A DNA stretch of 32,000 bases from Mycobacterium leprae TN (lineage in GTDB: Bacteria; Actinomycetota; Actinomycetes; Mycobacteriales; Mycobacteriaceae). A program made the position numbers and the translations under genes. Position 1 is the stretch's first letter. Each line of letters starts with the position of its first letter. Positions 31,800-32,000 of the stretch are shown piece by piece. The stretch spans positions 2,610,001 to 2,642,000 of the forward strand of contig NC_002677.1 in assembly GCF_000195855.1 (NCBI RefSeq). The letters run 5' to 3'. The notes under the pieces were generated by a model. The model was not told the origin of the DNA. It was given only the letters and a program-made list of their open reading frames with translations, and made no database searches.

Positions 31800-32000
31800 G
31801 ATGAATCCAGCTTATCCATAGATAACATCATCACGATCAGCGTGACGACGTCCATCGGATCCACCGACCGCACTTGAATATTGATCGCGTCATTGAGCCA
31901 CAACATCTAAAAACCATGTACCAGTGACCAAGCCGCCAACTTAGCGCAAACCGGATCAGTGTGTGCATTTCGGTCCCGCAACGTCGCTACGCCACGAACC
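31800..32000 (-). pseudogene. Possible C-terminal remnant of protease II (PtrB-like), cut by the window edge
   Basis: The minus strand reads GVATLRDRNAHTDPV, resembling the KWVA.LR segment of S9A oligopeptidase B. The position fits ptrB synteny. This is weak evidence. Confidence 0.25.

Overview
The window looks like a reductively evolved mycobacterial chromosome of the Mycobacterium leprae / M. lepromatosis type. Intact genes alternate with long stretches of frameshifted, stop-riddled gene remnants and visibly AT-rich patches. From my recollection of M. tuberculosis H37Rv, gene order follows the Rv0817c to Rv0782 region in inverted orientation.

Intact genes, left to right:
- LmeA-like envelope protein
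- thiX (anchored thioredoxin-like protein)
- a DUF4395 membrane protein
- cysA (rhodanese)
- sseC (DUF1416)
- a possible 32-codon membrane peptide
- a nitrobindin/FABP-like protein
- a YgfZ-type folate-binding protein
- a DUF3073 protein
- purM, purF
- an Rv0807-like protein
- cpsY (Stealth family)
- cpdA (Rv0805-like phosphodiesterase)
- purL, pepC, purQ, purS

Recognisable pseudogenes:
- pabC-like class IV aminotransferase
- an orphan mce gene
- a GNAT acetyltransferase
- a DyP peroxidase plus its encapsulin (Cfp29-like) partner
- a transglutaminase-like gene
- an MBL-fold hydrolase
- an Rv0785-like FAD dehydrogenase
- an EmrB-like MFS pump
- the tail of a protease II gene

I found no rRNA, tRNA, CRISPR array, transposase or obvious defence island, and no convincing completely new multi-gene system.

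Observations most worth a second look:
1. Three copies of a roughly 77-101 bp MIRU-like intercistronic repeat. Each carries a mini-ORF whose start and stop overlap the neighbouring genes.
2. The intact thiX-DUF4395-cysA-sseC cluster, in which successive proteins carry WCGPC, CLGC and CRIGERS cysteine motifs.
3. A 225-codon orphan ORF with a decayed paralogue just downstream.
4. The decayed DyP-encapsulin operon.
5. Several exact small repeats and hairpins.

All family assignments rest on motifs read by eye and on remembered orthologue sequences. No database search was run.
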